Origin: Narcine bancroftii
Lineage: Eukaryota
Direction of reading: 5' to 3'
NCBI RefSeq assembly: GCF_036971445.1
Contig: NC_091481.1
Location: forward strand, 13,950,001-14,014,000
DNA: 64,000 nucleotides
The translations under genes were made by a program, and so were the position numbers. Numbering within the stretch: the stretch's first letter is position 1; each line of letters begins with the position of its first letter. A model generated the notes under the pieces. It worked only from the letters and a program-made list of their open reading frames with translations. It was not told where the DNA came from and ran no database searches. Below, in pieces: positions 12,391 to 27,300 of this stretch.

Positions 12391-15300
12391 GTAAGTGAGA
12401 ACTTCTTTTGGAGATTGATGACCTCTCCCCAGAGGTCTCAGTCAGACTTGTACTGTGTACTGCTCAGTATTGCCTGCAGTGACCTGCTGGGTCCCCTCCT
12501 GACAGTACTGGCTCCTGTCTCTCATCCTTTTCACCCACAGACTCCATGGTGACAGAATTTCATTTTGCAGAGCTAATGCCTGTTGACAGTTGTTCTGGTC
12601 TCTTTTCCAATTTACACTCTTGTGTCTCAGAGAGTTTTTTGTGCCTCACTTCTCTTTTCCTGTGTCCAGGCAGACTAATCAGAAACTGCGTATCGCAAAC
12701 ACCAGCTTGCGGGTGAAAAGCTCACAAATATGTTGGTGGGGGCCTCTCAGACTTCTCTATGTGAGGGCTGAAATCTCCAGGTCGGATGAACTCTGTTGAG
12801 CCATGGATGAGAGTGACCAGTAGATTCCACATTTGCCCCTAGACACTGAGTAACTATTCTTGTGAGTAGAAGTTTTTTTAAAATGGTGAGATAGTCTAAT
12901 GCAACTGAGATTGGAGTCTGGTACTTGTGGATACAGGTTTGTCGCTGCACCATAGGTGCTATACAGGTTGGCTGAGATCTTTCACAGTGTATCTCCAGTT
13001 ATGACGAGATATAGTCAGTCATTGTAGGGCACGGGAAAGCCTCGTTCCACCTCTTCTCTGTCATCAGCCTCATCACCAACAACAAGGAGTCACACTACAG
13101 AGAAGCGGTGGAAACTCTCGTGAAATGGTACGAGAGTAATAATCCGAGTCTCAGTGTGGACAAGATGCTGGTGAACTTCAGGAGGACCAGGAATGACCAC
13201 CCTCCACTACACATCATCTGAAGTAGAGAAAGAAAAGAGCACCAAGTTCCTTGGAGTTCACTGAACCTGTGACCTATCGTGGACACTCAACGTCTCCTCA
13301 TTTGCCATCAGAGTTGATGTCAGAACAAATCTAATCGGGGGGCATTAGGGTAACTGTGGGGGACACAAACTGCAGTTCGTGTGGCAGTTTCGTATGCCAT
13401 TTGTGTTCGGGTGGAGGGGCATAATATCTCATTTGGAGGGGGGCATAGCCCCCTTGCTTGTAAGGAAGGTGCAAGAGTGACAGTACTTCCTGAGAAGATT
13501 GAACCGGGCAAGTCTACTGGCCACATTATGTCAACCTTCCATAGGAGCTCTATCGAGGGCGTCCTGGCCAGCTCATCACAATGTGGTACATTTGCTGCAG
13601 ATAAATGGATCGGAGTTCAATCCACAGGACCATAAGAGTGGCAGAGAGGATCACTGGAGTTTCCCCTTCCTTCCCCCAAACGATGTGATCTACAAGGATT
13701 GTTGTCTGAAGAGGGCGCGCAAAATCATTGAGGACCCCTTCCACCCTATACACAGCATCTTTCAGCTACTCCCATCGAGGAAGAGATACAGGAATATCAG
13801 AGCCAGCACCACCAGGCTGAGGAACAGCTTCTTCCCACGGGCAGTGAGAACGCTGAACACCCAAAGGAAATGTTCACACTAACTATCCAAGACTCTCATA
13901 TTCATGAAACAATATTTATTTATATAGATGAAATACTTGTTCTGCATATGTATTGTTTGACTGTATGTGAGTTTTGTCTGGTTGTCTGACTGCTTGTTTT
14001 GCCCCAAGAACCAGAGAATGCTATTTTTTCAGGTTTTACTTGTACAATCAGATGACAATAAGCTTGACATGACTTGACTCAGAACAGTACTAAATAGTAT
14101 TTAAATAGTATTACTGTATGAGGATTCAATAAAGTTCCTTATGGCAGGCTTATCCAGAACACTAAGGTATGTCTGATCCATGGAGACTTGGCCATTGAAG
14201 ACAGAAGGGAGTGTTGGAGGGATAAATATTCAGACTGGAGGTCTGTGATCAGTGGTGTTTGGCAGGGGCCAGTGCTGGGATCTCTGTTGTTTGTGATTGT
14301 ATATAAATTATTTTGACAAAAATGTAGGTGGGCTGATTAGTAAATTTGCAGATGATACAAAAATTAATTGAGTTATGGACAGTGAGATAGATTGTTAGTT
14401 TGTTAGAGGATAGAGCAGGATATTGATCAGGTGAAAACATAGGTGGAGAAAGGCAGATGGAGTTAAATGTGGACAAATGTGAAGTAATGCACTTTGGTAG
14501 GTATAAGAATTCAGTAAATGGCAGGTCCCTCAGAAGAAATAATTTACAGAGAGATCTTGAGAGTCTAAGTCCATAGCTCCCTGAAAGTAACCAACATAGG
14601 GTAAAAAAGAAGGGGTCCAGTATAGTTGTCTTTTTTGGTTGAGGCATTGAATAGGACAGTTAGGAAGTCATGATTCAAGATTCTTTTATCGTCATCTAAT
14701 AAAACAGATGTAATATTACACAGAACTTGCTTTATTCTGCTGTAAGGCAGACAAAGATTCATCCCTTGCAGTAAGAGAAAGAGAAGCAAAAGAGAGCCCC
14801 TTCAGAGTCTCCGTGGATTTTCCTCCACCACTCCTACTGCAGCTACACAGATCCCTGTTCAATCTATCGGTAACCCGAACTCCAGATCCAAACCTACGAC
14901 ATGATCAGGAAGCCTTCAGCATCCGATGACCCTTGGGAGCCCCTCCTGGCCTCAGAACTCTCTCCATCCTAGTTCTGAATCCTTGTACTCCTTCAGCCAG
15001 TCTCCAGCAGTCTGAAGCCTGGTGTGAGTTCTTTGACTGCAAGTCGCCAGCAGCCTGTGTTATTCTTCAGCTGCTGAGCCCCTCCCTCTTCCTCCACCAT
15101 GATCACCTTCCCCTGTAGAGTCATCTTCTCTGCTTCTCCTTCTCAATGGGAGGTGTTCACCCCGTTATTGGTACCCTGTGGTAGTCCGCTGCTCCCCTGG
15201 AGTCTGCAACGCCTTGTGTCCGCTGCCGAACACGGGTCCTTGGTCGCAGGATTTTAAAATAAAATACCGTTGCTTCTTTTAACAGTATATTTATAGTCTG

Positions 15301-18300
15301 TATGGAGCCATCAGTAGTTGGCTGGGCATTAGGATCCTGCGGGAGAGTACTGTGTCTCCACTCCACGCTCTCTCCAGGTCCACACCAGTGGCCATGCAGC
15401 CGTTAAATCAGCTCCAGCTTCGCTGCCATCACACGTAGCTGCATAAAATCTTTTGTTAGGCCACATTTGGAGTATTGTGTGCAGTTCTTGTTGATGTGTT
15501 GCAGGAAGGACGTGAAGGCTTTGGAGAAAAGAGGTTCACCAGGATGTTATTGCCTGGATTAGAGAGTATCTGCTGTGATGAGAGGCTGAATAAACTGGGA
15601 TTGTTTTCTCTGGAATGACAAATGCGAAGTGGTGACCCGATAGAAGTAGGACGAGTGAACCATTATGTGTCCTCTCCGAGGGCAATAATCCCAGCACTGA
15701 AACCTTGATTACAATCAGTCTTCTGTCATGGGTGAACCCAGTCATTTGCATCTCTGATATGGATTGTGAAACAGACTCCCATCACCAAGCTTCATGGCAT
15801 CAAACAATCGACCAATTAAATGATTCAAGGATGTATTTCCACTCATTTGAGGGAATTCCTAGCATATACTCCTTCAATGAAGAAAGACCATAAGGTATAA
15901 GGTAAGTGGAAGTAGGCCATTTGGCCCATTGAGTCTACCATTCCATCATGAGCTGATCCATTCTCCCACTCAGCCCCACTCCCCTGCCTTCTTCCCATAA
16001 CTTTTGATACCCTGACTATTCAGATAGCTATTAATCTCTGCCTTAAATACACTTAACAACCTGGCCTCCAAATACACCGTGGCAGCAAATTTCAGAAGGA
16101 AGAACTTCCTTCATATCTCTGTTTTAAATGGGTGCCCTTCAATCCTGAAGTGCCCTCTTGTCCTTGACTCCTCTATCATAGGAAACAACTTTGCCACATC
16201 TAGTCTGTTCTGACCTTTCAACATTTTAATTGCTTCTATGAGCCACCTCTCCCCCCCCCCCCCCCATTCATCTGAATTCCAAGGAGTGCAGTGTCCAGGA
16301 GCTGTCAGATGTTCCTCATATGCTAATCCCTTCAACCAGGAATCATTATTTTAAATCTCGGAACACTTTCCAATGCCAGTACATCCTTTCTTAAATAAGA
16401 AGTCCAAAACTGTACCCCATTCTCCAAGCAAGGTCTCAACATCACATCCTTGCTCTTATATCCTATTCCTCTCGAAATGAACGCCAACATTGCATTTGCC
16501 TTCTTCACCACCGACTCAACCTGGAGGTTAACCTTTCGGGTATCCTGCATGAGGACTCCCAAGTCCCTTTGCCCCTCCGAATAATAGTCTGCCTTTTTAT
16601 TCCTTCTACCAAAGCACATGACCATACATTTTCCAACATTGTGTTTCATTTGCCCATTCTCCTAATCGGTCTCTCTGCAACCTCTCCGTTTCCTCCTCAT
16701 TACCTGCCCCTCCACCTATCTTTGTTTCATCTGCAAACTTAGCCACCAAGTCATTTATTCTCCAATCCAAATCATTGATATGCAATGTAAAAAGAAGTGG
16801 CCCCAACACTGACCCCTGCGGTACATCAATGGTAACCAGGAACCAACCAGAATAGGATCCCTTTATTTCCACTCTGTTTCCTGCTGAACAACCAGTGCTC
16901 ATATCTTTTCCGTAATTCCATGAGCTCTCATGTTGTGAAGCAGCCTCGGGTGCGGCACCCTACCAAAGGCCTTTTGAAAATCCAAATATGCAACATTCTC
17001 TGCATGTCCTTTGTCTAGCCTCCTCAAAAAATTGCCATAGGTTTGCCAGGTAAGATATTCCCTTGAGGAAACATTGCTGACTTTAGCCTATATTGTCATG
17101 TACCTCCAGTACTCCATAACCTTATCCTTGACAATTGACTCCAACAATTTCCCATCCACTGATATTAGGCTAACAAGTCTATAATTTTCTTTTTGCTGCC
17201 TCTCTCCTTTTCTAAACAGCAGAGTGGCCTTTGCAATTTTCCAGTCCTCCGGAACCATGCCAGAATCTATTGGAAGATCATTACTCATGCCTCCACACTG
17301 TCTATAGCTACTTCTTTCAGAACATGAGGGTACATTCCATCTAGTCCAGAAGACTTGACTTTAGACCTTTTAGCTTCCTAAGTACCTTCTCTGTACTCTC
17401 CTTTCTTTCATTTGTGGTGGTATTGAAAACGCCATTCATGAGTACACCCAGAAACTCAGTATAACTGGTATAAGAATCACACCACTTCTGAAATGTTCCA
17501 TTTACCTGACCCAGCAAGCCCCTGAGGGACTGCCGAGCAATGAACAGCATGGATGTGTATGATTCAGGCTCTGCATAATCTGGGGTACAGAGCTGGTGAG
17601 CTAATATGTATCACTGAACACTGAAGCACATTGGATAACACTGGAATATGGAGATCAGGCAGGGAAATGAATTTGAGGCTAAAGTTCAAACATTCATGAT
17701 TTTATTGAGTAAATTAGGAGACGATGTCGCTCATTTGGAGGATAATATGGGAATACTCAAAAAGCAAGATATCACAACGCAAAACCAGAAAATGTCAGTG
17801 AACAGGGGGCATGTTAATGTCCACATTCATGATCGAGAAAGAAAACCGTAAGATTTATGATGTCAGTTTGTAAGCTGGACTTATTTTTGTACTGTAGCTC
17901 CTTTGAAATTCAGGATGTCTTGCTGAGATTATGCAGGCCTTTAGTGTGTTTGGAGTAGTGTTTGCAATTTTTTTGGTACTCTGTGCTTAAAGCATTATGT
18001 ACTTGGCTTTAAGCCAGAGCTGGATAGATTCATTTGTTTGGGATGATCAGCCATGATCACATTTGAATGGTGGAGCAGACTCAACAGGCCAGATGGCCGA
18101 CTCCTGCTCCTATATCTTATGTCCTTCTGAGAAAGTACAACATTCCTCATCCCAGGAATTAATGAGGAAAGAATGAGTAAAATAGCAGCTATATTTTAAA
18201 ATGATGGGAAGTGCACCTCACCTGGAGTATCTTGATCTGGGACTGGGGGTGGGGGGGGGGGGGGGCGAGTGTATCATGGTGTACTGTTTGTCCAGAAGGA

Positions 18301-21300
18301 GGAAATATTGTTTTACAAAAAATGTTTATATATATTTTAAAAATTCTCTGTCACAGAGTTTTGTGTATGGTCAGTTTTTAAGATTATTATTTTTTTTTTA
18401 ATTTTTTATTTTTCACACCATAAATCACATTAGCCATGATATACAAGTTTTTAAGAATATTTGAAGGGAGATTGAGTCACCTGGAATGTACTTGCTGGAA
18501 TTTAGAATAATGAGAGGGGATCTTACAGAAAGATATAAAATTATGAAAGGCATAGATAAGGTAGGTTGTTTAAATTGATGGGGGAGACCAGAACTAGGGG
18601 ACATAGCCTCAGGAGAGGAGGAACTGCTTTTTCCAGAGGGTTGTGAATCGGTGGAATTCGATGCGCTTTGAAACAGTGGAAACAATCTGAGTAAATAGAT
18701 TTAAGCCCAGGTTGGAGAGATTTTTACAAAGCAGGGAATTAAGGGATATGGGGAAAAGGCAGGTAGGTGGAGATGAGCCAATCATCAGATCAGCCATGAT
18801 CACATTTGAATGGCGGAGCAGGCTCAACAAGCCAGATGGCCGACTCCTGCTCCTATATCTTGTGTCCTTCTGAGAAAGTGACCAGAACCACTACCTGAGT
18901 TCCCCATTTGATGGTAAGGGGGAAGATACAACATTGGTGAATTACTTAGAAATGCTTCCTCACACTCTCTCTTTAAATACACGAAGTACAGCACACAGAG
19001 TAAAGGTCCTCGTGTGACGCGGTTGTGAGCAAGTTAAGACCTGAAAGAGAGAAGAGGTGTTGATAAAAAAGAACAAAAGAAGCAAAGAGAAAACGTGAGG
19101 GGTAAAAAAAAAATTAGTGAATGAAAATCAAAACCTGCAAAGCTGAAAATCTGGAACAAAAATTGAAAATGGTGGAAACGCTCAGCAAGTGACGCAGCTT
19201 CTGTGGAGAGATTTCAATTAGCCACTGATATAAAAGTGAGCACAATTCAAACATGAAAATCAGAGAGGACTAAAAATGATTTTTAGGTCGGACAGAAAAT
19301 GTGGAAAAAGAAACAGAAATAACACTTCAAGGCAGTGACCTTTCATTGTTAACTGTGTTTTACTCTTCACAGATTTCTAGCATTTGCAATTTTTTTATTC
19401 AAGTTGCAAGAGATAAGTAAATGGTTGAATAGGACAAATTAGGTTTGTGGTGGTTAGTGCAACACTGTTACAACACCAGTGACCCAGGTTCAAATCTGGC
19501 ACCGTCTGTAAGGAGTTTGTACGGTTCTCCCCATTTCTCCGTGGGTTTTCTCCCATTGCTCCAGTTTCCTCTCACCCTTCAAAACATACAGAGGTTGTAG
19601 GTCAATTGGGTGGCATGGGCTCGTGGGCCGAAAGGGCCTTTTATCATGCTGAATGTCTAAATAGAAATTTTAAAAATTAAATGCTGATGGCATGGTTGAT
19701 GATCTCAATGTAAATTTCTCAACTCCAGTAAAAAGATTTCTGCCATTTCAATAACAGTGGTGGCTACTATGAGGCCAACAGACTTGCGTACTTAAAATCC
19801 CTTCATGTTGAAAAGTACTTTGGCAATTGCAGCATGTTGGATGCAAACAAAAGTAACATCATTTTAGGATTAAAGGAGTCTTTAAAATTGGTTTAGGGAC
19901 CGAAAGTAGAACTGTGATTTTGAAAAAGGAGGCAAGTACAAATTGATGAAGGGCTCAACCCCAAAACATTGGTTATGTATCTATATCTTTGCTATATAAA
20001 GTACACCGTTTGACCTACTGAATGTCTCCAGCATTGTGTTTTTATAGCAAGTACAAATAGTTTTCCACTGGATCTGTAATAGAGAGTTGTAATGTGTGTC
20101 AATGAAATGGACTTGGATATGTGCGTATAATAATCTCCAGGTCTACTGCCCTGTTGTAATGCCGATGGCTCCATACAGGCTTTAAATGGCCTGTTAAAGG
20201 TGCTGATGGTGTTTTTTAAAATATATTGCAACTACGGTGGTCTGTGCCCAAAATGGCAGCACCTATGCTGGGCAGTGTACCACAAGGGGTTCCAGATTCC
20301 GGGGGAGTAGTACCTATGCTGGGCAGTGTACCACAAGGGGTTCCAGATTCTGGGGAGCAGCGGACTGGTGCAGGGCACTAGAAGTGGGGAGAACACCCCC
20401 CTCTCCCCCCATTGGAGGGGGGGAACATGATTGACAACCCTACAGCGACGATGTCCATGTCAGAAAACCAGCAAGAGGCTCAGTGGCTGAAGGACCCACT
20501 CTGGCTGTGGGTAATTTGCGACTTGCTGGAGACTGGGATTCAACAGGATGCTGTGGGCACGAAGGGCTCCCAAAGGGCCTCTGGTGCTGAAGGTTTCCTG
20601 ATAACATTGTGTTTGGATCTGGAGCTTGGGTTGCCAATGGATTGAACAGGAGACGTATGGTTGCAGAAGCTGCAGGAGTGCTAGAGGCAAATCTACAGAC
20701 ATTCAGTGTGTCTGAAGGGACTCTCTTTTTGCTTCTCTTTCTCTTATTATTAGAAGTGCCAGACAATTCTCATGACAACTCTTTGTTTGCCTTACATTTA
20801 CATTAAATGTATATTACATTTTTGATGTATTATTACATGACAATAAAGAAATCTTAACCTTAAAAAGGAACTTTCATGTCAAAAATTTACAGATCTCACA
20901 GAGCTAATTCAATAAGTGATGCTCTGCATTGACTTTTGGAGGTATTGATGAAATTACATAAAGTTTAAACATTATCTCTGTTACTTCCCCACAGATACGA
21001 TCGGCCCTGCTGAGTATTTCCTGCACTTTCTGTTTGGTTTCATATATCTAGCTTCTCAGTCCCTTTGTTTTCCCTATCCTTTCCACTTAAGTGCAACTTA
21101 AATCATGCCTATTTTCTAACCATTATCAGTTCTGACAAAAGGTTATCCACTTGAAATATTAACTGTCTCTCTGGTCACAAATGCTGCCTGAGCTGTTTGA
21201 CTACTTCCAGCAGTTTTTATTTTCATTTCAGATGCCCTGCAGCTGGAGTAACTTTTTGTTTCTCACTTACTGTATTTATATCCTATTATGTATGACAATT

Positions 21301-24300
21301 AAAAAAATTACGTTCTTTTATCCATCATTCATACATTTACTTGCGTGCTGTATTTAACAGCCTGGTGTGGGGGATGTGTTTTAGTCGTTAATGTAAATTC
21401 TAACTGAGGATACAGCATCAGTTTCATTAAGCATCAGTAAAATGGTGCAATAAAATATCAGAAAAGACTTTGTATCCAGCTGGGGTTAGACATCTGGTGA
21501 CAATTTTGAGACCCACTTCGAGCAATTGCAGGAAACTCTTCCCAGGGCCAGTTTAACATGGCATGGAGCTTTTTTTAATGGGCAGAGGGATCACTAGCCA
21601 ATCAGAAAATATTATGATTTGAACACATTGTATATTTCACACTCAGATGAAGTTAGGCACCATCAGAAAATTTAAATGGAGAAACAAACTGCAGTTGCTG
21701 GAAATCTGAAATAAAAACAGAAAATGCTAGAATCATATTCAGAAGGTCAATAAGACTCTTTGGAAAGAGAAACAGAGTTGATATTTGAGATTTGAAATCC
21801 ATAATCTGAACCAGGAAAGGGAGAACACAGGACAATTTAAATTGCAGAAAAAAAAGGGGAGGTCTGGGTGGACCTCTGACAGGGTGAGACCAAATGAGTA
21901 AATATGGCCATCAGAGCAGGTTCTGCTTCTTTGCTTGTGTGAGGCCTGCTAATAGCAGAGCTGTAGGACATGCCCAGCAACCTAGAACAAAGTCAAAATC
22001 CCAGTAGGTTACATGGAAAAACTGAGAGGGTGGTATGACACCAGGGGTTTACCATGAAAGTAACAGTCTGAAGGGGTCCAATTGGAAGAGGAATTCTGAA
22101 GGCTAGAAAACAGGGTTCTCTGAATGAAATGATTTTCCTTCCCCCCGCCCCCCCCCCCAAAAAAAAGGTGAGCACATAGGCGAACAAAAAGAGTTCAACT
22201 TCTCTTTGAGGACAAAATGTGTAGTAGTGGGGAATTAACATGATGCAGCTGAGACCCTTTCTAAGGACATATCACTTGGGAGCAGAGATAAGTCAGAAAG
22301 AAGAGTGGAACACAGCAGTGGGGGAGATTCAGAAAGACCGGGTTAAAGCAACAAGCTGGAGATTTTAAAAAAAAAGACTGGAAGAGTATTTGTGTCCAAG
22401 AGTTATTGAACTTGCAATTTGTTAAAGAGAAGAGTGGAACCATATGTCTTATCCCTGCTAATCAGAGAATGTATCTTTCATCATTCCGTCTCATAACTAC
22501 CCAATCAATAAATTTCACGCAGTTACAAATCAACTCAAGTTCAGTGGCTGGCATGTTTTTTGTCATTTTCTTTCAGACGTCCAGCACGGTAACAGGCATT
22601 TCGGCCCAAGAGCCCCTGCTGCCCAATTACACCCAATTAACCTGCGTCTCGAATTGTGGGAGGAGACCGGAGCCCCCGGAGTAAACCCATGCAGGCAAGG
22701 GGAGAACGTACAAATTCTTTACGGACAGAGCAAGATTCGAACCTTGGTCCCAATCTTATGTGAAAGCTTGAAGCAGGGTGACAAGATGGCAAAGTATGAT
22801 GATAAGATGCAGAGAAAGTAAATGGGCAGAGAAGGGGTCGAGGTCAATAAGAAAACTCCGATCACTGTCAACCAGTGGTTCTCAACCTTTTTCTTTCTAC
22901 TCACATACCACTTTAAGCATTCCCTATGCCATAGATGCTCCGTGATGAGTAAGGGATTGCCTAAGGTGGTATGTGGGTGGAAAGAATAAGTTTGAAAACT
23001 GTTTTAATCGTACGTAATTGACTTGTTATGAGCACGGTTTCATAATTCCTGAGGAAATGGGCCAATGACAATTTTTCTCAAGCAAAAGTTGGTCTAGAGC
23101 AGTGATTGTCAACCTTCCCTTTCCACCCACATACCACCTTAAGCCATCCCTTACTCATCACAGAGCACCGATGGCATAGGGATTACTTAAAGTGGGATGT
23201 GAGTGGAAAGAACAAGGTTGAGAAGCACTGGTGTAAAGGGAAGGTTCTCACAGAAGAAATGATCAGTGAGGTGATACTTGGCTCAGGTGATGGAGATTTG
23301 GACTGAGAGTGGCTGATCATCCTGCTCAATAAAGTAAATGCTAGGCATCCATTTGTAAGTGGTCCTGGTCTCTCTGGTGGCAGCAGGAAAGAGGCTCAGC
23401 GGCGTTATTTGATCTCTGCTGATTTATCTGTTTTCCCGGCTAAGGGCCAAACTTGTCCAGTGTCAGTGGCCAAGAGAACTGGTAACAATAAGAAATATCA
23501 GAGATATCCTGGCATTTAGCACTGCACTCCAGTGTCAAGGGAAAAGATGTATTTGGAGAGAGCAGGGGGGATGAAGGGGTGGGAGGGTGGAAAGAATGTG
23601 GGATGGTGGGAACAAAAATACTGCAGTATCTAATATCCTGCTGAGTTGCAGGAACTGGTTACTTAAAGGCCCTGCCCCTTAGCATCTTAGCATGCTTGAT
23701 CCTGGCTGTTGGCTTGGATCCCCTATTTAGAATATTGTTTGTACCCCAATCTTTCCCTGGGAACCTGAGAAATAAGAGGATTGGGGACCAGAGAAGTGAT
23801 TCTAGAGAGGGATGAGGGCAGATGTGAGGAGCGGACAATCGTGTGGTAAAAGGCTTTGGGACAAAACTTGTTTATGACAGATCCTGGATAAAAGTAGTTT
23901 GAGTCTTAATTCAAAATAGCTACGAAGGACTAATGGTGCCAAAGTTGATAGAAATAGACAAAGCCCCTAACTGTGATGTGGGCATGTGCAATTTTGCAAA
24001 GCAGCAATTCTCCATGGTTCATAACTTGTCCTTTTTGATAAACATTGAGGTATTATGTTAACCAAGCTGATTTGCTTCAATAGGTGATAGATACATGACA
24101 ATCGTGTGCCGTGGCCAAGCAAGCTGGGACGTGGCAGCAAGGTCCTTGGGTCGTAGGTTTTATATCGGAGTGGCCTTCTCCTATGCAGGTTTCTTACCCG
24201 GGCTGGAGGGGTCTGCCTCCCCTCTTAGGTCAGTCCATACTGCCCGGACCGGGGCCGAGGCGGCCGCTGCTCTCCCTGTGCCCTGACTGGGGCCGCCGCC

Positions 24301-27300
24301 TCCAACTCTCTGCCCAGACCGGGGCCTCCGCCTGCCTCACCATGGGTGTAAAGGGTGGGGCCAGTACTGCGCGCACTGCACTCCACCTAAAAGCTTCTTT
24401 GTGCAGGCCCGAGGACAGGTCCACGTCCTCCCCCTCCACGTCCTCCCCCTCCACGTCCTCCCCCTCAAAAGATGCTCACAAACTCAAGCTAGCATGCTGG
24501 AACATCAGAACCATGCTAGACAAGGCTGACTCCCACCGACCTGTACGTCGGTCTGCCCTCATTGCACATGAACTCCTCAGATTTGACATCGACATAGCCG
24601 CTCTCAGTGAAGTCTGCCTGGCAGATGTAGGCAGCCTCCAAGAAGGCGGCGCGGGCTACACACTCTACTGGTCTGGCAAGCCTTCGGATGAACGACGCCT
24701 ATCTGGTGTAGGCTTCATGGTCAAGAACTTCATTGCCTCCAAACTCGAAAACCTTCCGACAGGCCACTCGGACCGAATCATGTCCATGCGACTCCCCCTT
24801 CAAAACAAGCGTAGCATCACCCTCATCAGTGTCTATGCTCCAACCCTCCAGGTGGAACCAGCAGAAAAGGACAAGTTCTACACTGACCTGCGCAACCTCA
24901 TCCAACGCACCCCGACAGCCGACAAGGTTGTCATCCTTGGCGACTTCAATGCTCGCGTCGACAAAGACTCAGAAACCTGGCCAGGAATCCTGGGCAAGCA
25001 TGGCGTCGGCAAGTGCAAAGACAATGGGCGCCTCCTGTTGGAGCTCTGCGCAGAACAGCGGCTTGTCATTACAAACACCCTTTTTCAGCAGAGGGACAGC
25101 CTTAAGACCACCTGGATGCATCCCCGATCCAAATACTGGCACCTCCTGGACTACATCCTGGTGCGAGAAAATGACAAACGAGATGTGCTCCACACCAGGA
25201 TCATGCCCAGCGCGGAATGCCACACTGACCACTGGCTGGTTCGCTGCAAGCTCAACCTTCACTTCAAGCCAAAGCCCAGGAACAGTAAAGCCCCCAGAAA
25301 GAGGTTCAATGTTGGAAACCTGCAGTCAGACAAAGCGAGACGAAACTTCCAGGCAAACCTCAAAGCAAAGCTCGACGATGCAATCCGCCTCACGGACCCG
25401 TCCCCTGAAACCCTCTGGGATCAGTTGAAGACTACCATACTGCAATCCACTGAAGAGGTTCTGGGCTTCTCCTCCAGGAAAAACAAGGACTGGTTCTACG
25501 AAAACAGCCAGGAAATCCAGGAGCTGCTGGCAAAGAAGCGAGCTGCCCACCAGGCTCACCTTACAAAGCCGTCTTGTCCAGAGAAGAAACAAGCCTTCCG
25601 TCGCGCATGCAGCCATCTTCAGCGCAAACTCCGGGAGATCCAAAATGAGTGGTGGACTAGCCTCACCAAGCGAACCCAGCTCAGCACGGACATTGGCGAC
25701 TTCAGGGGTTTCTACGAGGCTTTAAAGGCTGTGTACGGCCCCTCACCCCAAGTCCAAAGCCCACTGCGCAGCTCAGACGGCAAAGTCCTCCTCAGCGACA
25801 AGATCTCCATCCTCAACCGATGGTCAGAACACTTCCAATCTCTTTTCAGTGCCAACCGCTCAGTCCAAGATTCCGCCCTGCTCCAGATCCCTCAACAGCC
25901 CCTAAGGCTAGAGATGGATGAGGTCCTCACCCAGGATGAGACATATAAGGCAATCAAACAACTGAAAAGTGGCAAAGCAGCAGGTATGGATGGAATCCCC
26001 CCAGAGGTCTGGAAGGCTAGCGGCAAAACTCTGCATGTCAAACTGCATGAGTTTTTCAAGCTTTGTTGGGACCAAGGAAAACTGCCTCAGGACCTTCGTG
26101 ATGCCACCATCATCACCCTGTACAAAAACAAAGGCGAGAAATCAGACTGCTCAAACTACAGGGGAATCACGCTGCTCTCCATTGCAGGCTAAATCTTCGC
26201 TAGGATTCTCCTAAATAGAATAATACCTAGTGTCGCCGAGAATATTCTCCCAGAATCACAGTGTGGCTTTCGCGCAAACAGAGGAACTACTGACATGGTC
26301 TTTGCCCTCAGACAGCTCCAAGAAAAGTGCAGAGAACAAAACAAAGGACTCTACATCACCTTTGTTGACCTCACCAAAGCCTTCGACACCGTGAGCAGGA
26401 AAGGGCTTTGGCAAATACTAGAGCGCATCAGATGCTCCCCAAAGTTCCTCAACATGATTATCCAACTGCACGAAAACCAACAAGGTCGGGTCAGATACAG
26501 CAATGAGCTCTCTGAACCCTTCTCCATTAACAATGGCGTGAAGCAAGGCTGTGTCCTCGCACCAACCCTCTTTTCAATCTTCTTCAGCATGATGCTGAAC
26601 CAAGCCATGAAAGACCTCAACAATGAAGACGCTGTTTACATCCGGTACCGCACGGATGCCAGTCTCTTCAATCTGAGGCGCCTGCAAGCTCACACCAAGA
26701 CACAAGAGAAACTTGTCCGTGAACTACTCTTTGCAGATGATGCCGCTTTAGTTGCCCATTCAGAGCCAGCTCTTCAGCGCTTGACGTCCTGTTTTGCGGA
26801 AACTGCCAAAATGTTTGGCCTGGAAGTCAGCCTGAAGAAAACTGAGGTCCTCCATCAGCCAGCTCCCCACCATGACTACCAGCCCCCCCACATCTCCATC
26901 GGGCACACAAAACTCAAAACGGTCAACCAGTTTACCTATCTCGGCTGCACCATTTCATCAGATGCAAGGATCGACAACGAGATAGACAACAGACTCGCCA
27001 AAGCAAATAGCGCCTTTGGAAGACTACACAAAAGAGTCTGGAAAAACAACCAACTGAAAAACCTCACAAAGATAAGCGTATACAGAGCCGTTGTCATACC
27101 CACACTCCTGTTCGGCTCCGAATCATGGGTCCTCTACCGGCATTACCTACGGCTCCTAGAACGCTTCCACCAGCGTTGTCTCCGCTCCATCCTCAACATT
27201 CATTGGAGCGCTTTCATCCCTAACGTCGAAGTACTCGAGATGGCAGAGGTCGACAGCATCGAGTCCACGCTGCTGAAGATCCAGGTGCGCTGGGTGGGTC

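Noticed and set aside
11862-12394. GC-rich ORFs over the CpG island
   Set aside because: By-products of high GC content; the real exon is in a different frame from ATG 12288.
26190-26192. Programmed readthrough or a two-ORF design in the RTE
   Set aside because: RTE elements have one ORF and this position is normally Lys (GK), so a point mutation is the simpler explanation.
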